From contig JBHGNT010000005.1 in the NCBI GenBank assembly GCA_043228905.1, positions 12,710,001 through 12,774,000 of the forward strand: 64,000 nt of DNA, read 5' to 3'. Both the position numbers and the translations under genes were made by a program. The DNA comes from Azolla caroliniana. Taxonomy: Eukaryota > Plantae > Polypodiophyta. Positions 59,978-64,000 of the stretch are shown piece after piece (position 1 is the stretch's first letter; each line of letters starts with the position of its first letter). Below the pieces are notes generated by a model that had not been told where the DNA came from, did not search any database, and was given only the letters and a program-made list of their open reading frames with translations.

Positions 59978-62935
59978 TCATTGTTCACCCAAATTGTCCA
60001 AAATACTTGGTTCCAGAATTTCCGCTTGTTCTTTCGGTTGTGGTTGTTGCGGCTGTGCTTGCTGCTGCTGCTGTGATTGCGGTTGTGACTGAAGTTGGTC
60101 CGGCTGCTCTGCTTGCTGCTCTGGCTCCGGCATCTCCGTTTGACTCTCTGGCTCCGGCATCTCCGTTTGACTGCTTCCGGTCCGGTCTCCTTCCAGTAAC
60201 GGTTCCTCATCACTGAGGTTGACGGTAACTGGTTCTCGTTCTTTCTCTCCCCGGATCCGGGACCTCTCGTAGCTTTCAAACTGGATCTGCGCCTCCAGCC
60301 TGTCGTCGTCCAGCTGAGCTACAAGTTGCCGGACTTGCTCTAATTGGTCTTCTGCCAAGGCTTGAAAGTCTTCGGCCAGCTCATCTCTTATGCCGGTGAA
60401 GTCTTCGGAAGTCAGCATATAGCAATCATCTCCCTCCTTCCGCCGGTTCTCTACGTCAGCCCGGAGCAATTGGAGTTCCGCCGCGTTTGTGGCCCACTTG
60501 GTCCACCATTTGACGGAGCCGTTGTCAATCAAGCTCTTGGTCTGGTTCAACCAGGCCCGCATTATATCCTGGATGCGACTTGCTCCCATCTGTGCTCTGC
60601 TTTCCACCACTTGTCGCTCCTCCTTCAACTGCTTGATGAGGTTTGCCGTATCCTCCGCCTGCTCTCGGTAGCGCGTCAGCTGCCCTTGATATGTCGTTTG
60701 CAGCCTCTGCAGTACCTCCGCCGCTCTTTCTTTTTCCGCCTGCTGTTGCCTGAGGAGCTCTGTCCGAACTTTCTCCGCCTCTTCCAACCGTCTTCTGTTT
60801 TCCGCTTGTTCCTTGGCGAATGCGGTTGCGGTCCGATCAACTGCTTGCCGGAGCTCATCCATCCGTTCCTTGTGCTCCGTTTGCAACCGTTTATACTCCC
60901 GGTGCAAGTTCTCAAATTCCTCTGTTTTTAGTTTGAGCTTGCCGTTGATCTGGCGATGGTTCCGGTCCTCCCGGTCCTTTACCTGCCGGAGTTCCTCTTT
61001 CAGGCGCTCTACTTCTGTTTCGGCGTTCCTCCGGAGTTTCTCCTTCTCTTGCAGCATTTTCTCCTTCTCCTCCTTGAGCCGGTCGTACGCTTGGTGGCCT
61101 TTCCGTAAGCTCTCCTCGGCCCGGCGTAGATTCTCAGCAGTCTTTTTGAGTTCTGCCTCCGCTGCCGTTTTCAGTTCTCTTTCGCGGCTCCTCAGCGCTT
61201 CTTGGGCAGCAAGCTCATCCTTTAAATCCGCAAGCTCCTGGGCTTGTGCCGCATTTTTCTCCGGAACGGTTGCCGTTGCCGGGGTCTGATTGCTATGTAC
61301 AGGTTGATCCTCTTTATTCTGTACATTGCCCGGAGTCACCGGTGCTTGGACTTGTGTTTCCCTTGTGACCCTGTCCAAGTCTTGTTCAAGGCTCCGGATT
61401 CTGGACCGGGCCGTCTCTAGATCTACGGTTGTGACGAGCAACCGTTCCTGGTGCGCTCTCTCTTCCGCCTCTATATACTCGACCACTCCGGCGATTTGCT
61501 CGCCTACCCACCGTAGCCACATGCTACTGGTGCCTTGTTGCTGTATTGGTCGGGTCGGCTCATTCCCTGTGGAATTGTCTGGCCTGAGTGCCTGCATATG
61601 CCGTTCTGGTTCTGCTCCTTGGCCGCCGTGTGCTCTGGCTGGGCTCTCCGGCTGTTGAGTTCCGGTTCTCGCCGTCTCCGGAGCCGTTGGACTGACTTCT
61701 TCTATAGAAGTCGACAAGACCGGTTCCCTGCGCACCGGTTCCGGTTCTTCCCTTGTGGTTTGCTCTGGTTGAGTTGGGGGCGTTTCTGCCTCTCGCGGGT
61801 ACGACCGCTCCCCTCCTGTCGCGGCGGTCCTACTTCTTGACCGTCGCTGGAGGTGCTCTTCTGGCTCCTCCGTTTCCTCTTCCTGTGCCACGGCCTGTTT
61901 CTGTGCCGTCAAGGGTTCCGGTTCCTTCTGTCCCGGTCTCCGTAAGGTTATCTTGACAGGTCGGACCGGTGACACCTCCTCCGGTTCTGGGACCCGTTTC
62001 TTCCCTTTCGTCGCCTTCGACGCCAGCAGCTGCTGTCGTTTGGACGCCGGCTTCGAGGTGCTTCCTTCCGATACTCTTGGCCGCTTCTTTGGCTGGGCGG
62101 TCTCGACCGGCGGCACGAGCAATGTGATCCATTGAGCTACGGCGTGCCACAGCTTCCGGCCCTCCTTGCCGTCCTTCCCTCGTACCATGTCGATTGCCAT
62201 GCACAACCCGTCTGCAATCAGCACCGGCCAGTCCACCTTGACCCCTTCATAGGTGGCTATGATCATCCCTGCCCGATTTTTTGGCATGACAGGGGGTCGG
62301 GGGTACACGTGACCGTACTCGTGGAGCACTCGAGCTATCTCCCTGAATAGCGGATCTTCGCCGCCCTGCGTCCGATAGCCTTTGCCGGCAACAGAGTACT
62401 CACCGAAATATCGGGTGAGTTGCTCCGAGGTTGGGTTATCGATCTGAAAGATTCCTCCCTCCGGAAGGCCTGTTAGCGCGCGGATCGCTTCCTCGGTGAT
62501 GACCTCTGTGGCGAGCTCCTTGATGACCCGGTCTGCTTCTCTGTGCGGCGGTGCCTCCATGATGGCCAAGAACCCCTCCAGTCCGTTTTGCCTGAACCAT
62601 TTCCTGGCCGCTTCCGACAGCGTTTGTGGTTCCATGTCTGCTTCAAGGTCGAGGGACGATGGCGAGGTAGAGTGGTGATGAGGGTGAGAGCGAGAGAGAG
62701 AGCGTTCTGAGCGCGGGGGTTCTCTGCGTGCAGGTTCGCGTTTGCTCAGCTTCCACTGCCTTGGTGCTTCTGTGCTTCTTGGCTCGCGAAAAAAGAAGGT
62801 CTCCATGCGCTCTGTTTCTTCTTTGTGCGTTTTGGCGCCTTTTTCGAGCATGCACACGTCGTGTACTAATTTAGTATTAAGTGGCGTGGCGTCTCTTAAA
62901 TGCCCACTACGTACCTTTTCGCGCCTCGCTTTCAC
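59978..62935 (-). CDS. Extra ORF of Gypsy K: N-terminal globular domain, disordered linker, long coiled coil, Q-rich tail
   Basis: 985 uninterrupted codons directly downstream of pol. The true start may be one of the downstream ATGs (METFFF or MEPQTL). Confidence 0.8.
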   Translation of the reverse strand: MKARREKVRSGHLRDATPLNTKLVHDVCMLEKGAKTHKEETERMETFFFREPRSTEAPRQWKLSKREPARREPPRSERSLSRSHPHHHSTSPSSLDLEADMEPQTLSEAARKWFRQNGLEGFLAIMEAPPHREADRVIKELATEVITEEAIRALTGLPEGGIFQIDNPTSEQLTRYFGEYSVAGKGYRTQGGEDPLFREIARVLHEYGHVYPRPPVMPKNRAGMIIATYEGVKVDWPVLIADGLCMAIDMVRGKDGKEGRKLWHAVAQWITLLVPPVETAQPKKRPRVSEGSTSKPASKRQQLLASKATKGKKRVPEPEEVSPVRPVKITLRRPGQKEPEPLTAQKQAVAQEEETEEPEEHLQRRSRSRTAATGGERSYPREAETPPTQPEQTTREEPEPVRREPVLSTSIEEVSPTAPETARTGTQQPESPARAHGGQGAEPERHMQALRPDNSTGNEPTRPIQQQGTSSMWLRWVGEQIAGVVEYIEAEERAHQERLLVTTVDLETARSRIRSLEQDLDRVTRETQVQAPVTPGNVQNKEDQPVHSNQTPATATVPEKNAAQAQELADLKDELAAQEALRSRERELKTAAEAELKKTAENLRRAEESLRKGHQAYDRLKEEKEKMLQEKEKLRRNAETEVERLKEELRQVKDREDRNHRQINGKLKLKTEEFENLHREYKRLQTEHKERMDELRQAVDRTATAFAKEQAENRRRLEEAEKVRTELLRQQQAEKERAAEVLQRLQTTYQGQLTRYREQAEDTANLIKQLKEERQVVESRAQMGASRIQDIMRAWLNQTKSLIDNGSVKWWTKWATNAAELQLLRADVENRRKEGDDCYMLTSEDFTGIRDELAEDFQALAEDQLEQVRQLVAQLDDDRLEAQIQFESYERSRIRGEKEREPVTVNLSDEEPLLEGDRTGSSQTEMPEPESQTEMPEPEQQAEQPDQLQSQPQSQQQQQAQPQQPQPKEQAEILEPSILDNLGEQ

Positions 62936-63027
62936 ACCCGTTCATACCTCGATTTTTAATAATTTTATTTATTTATTTTTATTTTTTTTATTTTTTTTTT
63001 TTAAATTTTTAATGACGGTGTGTGACC

Positions 63028-64000
63028 TTACACATCCGTAGGTCCCTCCGGACCCTGACCGTTTTCCTTACGGGTTGCCGTGTCTTCCTTCGTGTTTACT
63101 ACGGGTTCCCCGTCGTCTTTTTCTTCCGGATCGATCTGTACCGATCCCGGACAGGTTCCTGGTGTAGTGCCGGTGAGCTGCATAAACGGGTTCTTTGGCA
63201 TCGGTCCTTTATAGGGCTTTAGTCGAAATCCATTCACCCACTTGCCTAGTACTTCCCCGGCAAGTGTCCCTATCTGATAGGACCCGTTGTATTCCCGTGT
63301 CAGCCAATACGGGCCTGTCCATCTGAACCGGAGTTTACCCGGCATCTTGCCCATCCTTGTTTGGAATACTAGCACCGGCTTTCCGATTTCGAACATCTTT
63401 TCGTTACCTTTCCGGTGACGGTCAACGAACGCTTTCCGTCGTCGTTGCTCCAGTTCCATGTGGAGGATGCTGGCCAGCCGTTGCTCCTCCAGTTCGCATA
63501 GTGCTGCTAGCCGTATTTCCTCCGACTTCTTTTCATTCAGCCGTTCCCGTAGTTGGATCCGTAAGCTTGGTACCTGAAACTCGACCGGCATGACCGCTTC
63601 TAAGCCGAATGCTAACCGGAACGGCGTTGTCCGGATACTCGTTTTGTATGCCGTTCTGTACGCCCATAGCGCACTATGGAGCTTTGTGTCCCAGTCCGTC
63701 CGATTTTCATTGACAATTTTGCGGAGAATGTTCTGCAGCGTTTTGTTGGTGGACTCTACTAACCCGTTCGCCTGTGGGTAATACGGTGTGCTTCTTTTAT
63801 GGACCACGGCATAGAACGTTGTTAAACTTTCCACTACCTGGCCGAGGAAATGCCCTCCTTGGTCGCTGATCAGTTCAATCGGACATCCATATCGGCACCA
63901 AATGTTCTCGTACAGGAATTTTGCTGTGGATGACGCGGTGTTGTCTCTCAGGGCCTTAGCTTCCACCCATTTCGTGCAATAATCCGTTGCCACGATGACA
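63028..64000 (-). CDS. Gypsy integrase (partial pol)
   Basis: DYCTKWVEA, ISDQG.HF, YYPQANGLVE, ALWAYRT..KT, WTGPY, VNGFRLKPY. Confidence 0.92.
   Translation of the reverse strand, partial: VIVATDYCTKWVEAKALRDNTASSTAKFLYENIWCRYGCPIELISDQGGHFLGQVVESLTTFYAVVHKRSTPYYPQANGLVESTNKTLQNILRKIVNENRTDWDTKLHSALWAYRTAYKTSIRTTPFRLAFGLEAVMPVEFQVPSLRIQLRERLNEKKSEEIRLAALCELEEQRLASILHMELEQRRRKAFVDRHRKGNEKMFEIGKPVLVFQTRMGKMPGKLRFRWTGPYWLTREYNGSYQIGTLAGEVLGKWVNGFRLKPYKGPMPKNPFMQLTGTTPGTCPGSVQIDPEEKDDGEPVVNTKEDTATRKENGQGPEGPTDV

Larger units (their letters stand above)
59506..64000 (-). mobile_element. Non-chromovirus Gypsy K (Athila/Tat-like integrase), 3' part, running off the window
   Basis: Intact integrase followed by a long sense extra ORF. 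Probable 3' LTR at ~59506-59868, with uncertain boundaries. Confidence 0.75.

Overview
Gene-free, eukaryotic heterochromatin-type window made almost entirely of nested retroelements. The element mix (tRNA-Trp-primed Gypsy with 4-bp TSDs, Tcn1-like chromoviruses, tRNA-iMet Copia, an L1-like LINE) suggests a non-seed land plant, most likely a moss; this is inference. No host protein-coding gene is evident. The highlight is a Penelope-like retroelement (PLE) on the minus strand, 471-~18715. It is split into three pieces by two LTR-element insertions and can be rejoined exactly through their TSDs. Its RT ends without a C-terminal GIY-YIG endonuclease, its 3' UTR holds an intact minimal type-I hammerhead ribozyme (1350-1395), and it sits inside a Gypsy integrase gene rather than at a telomere. 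Other notable points: (1) a conserved GGATTTT-TAG candidate -1 frameshift between protease and RT in two Trp-primed Gypsy copies; (2) T-ACG(G/T) target-site bias for three Trp-primed insertions; (3) antisense tRNA-like A/B boxes in the LTRs of two unrelated families; (4) an inversion-type rearrangement shown by a TSD and two reading frames split between ~19-21 kb and ~43.5-54 kb; (5) an intact 985-codon extra ORF downstream of a Gypsy integrase; (6) a gag-only non-autonomous LTR element. All coordinates were counted by eye and no database searches were run.
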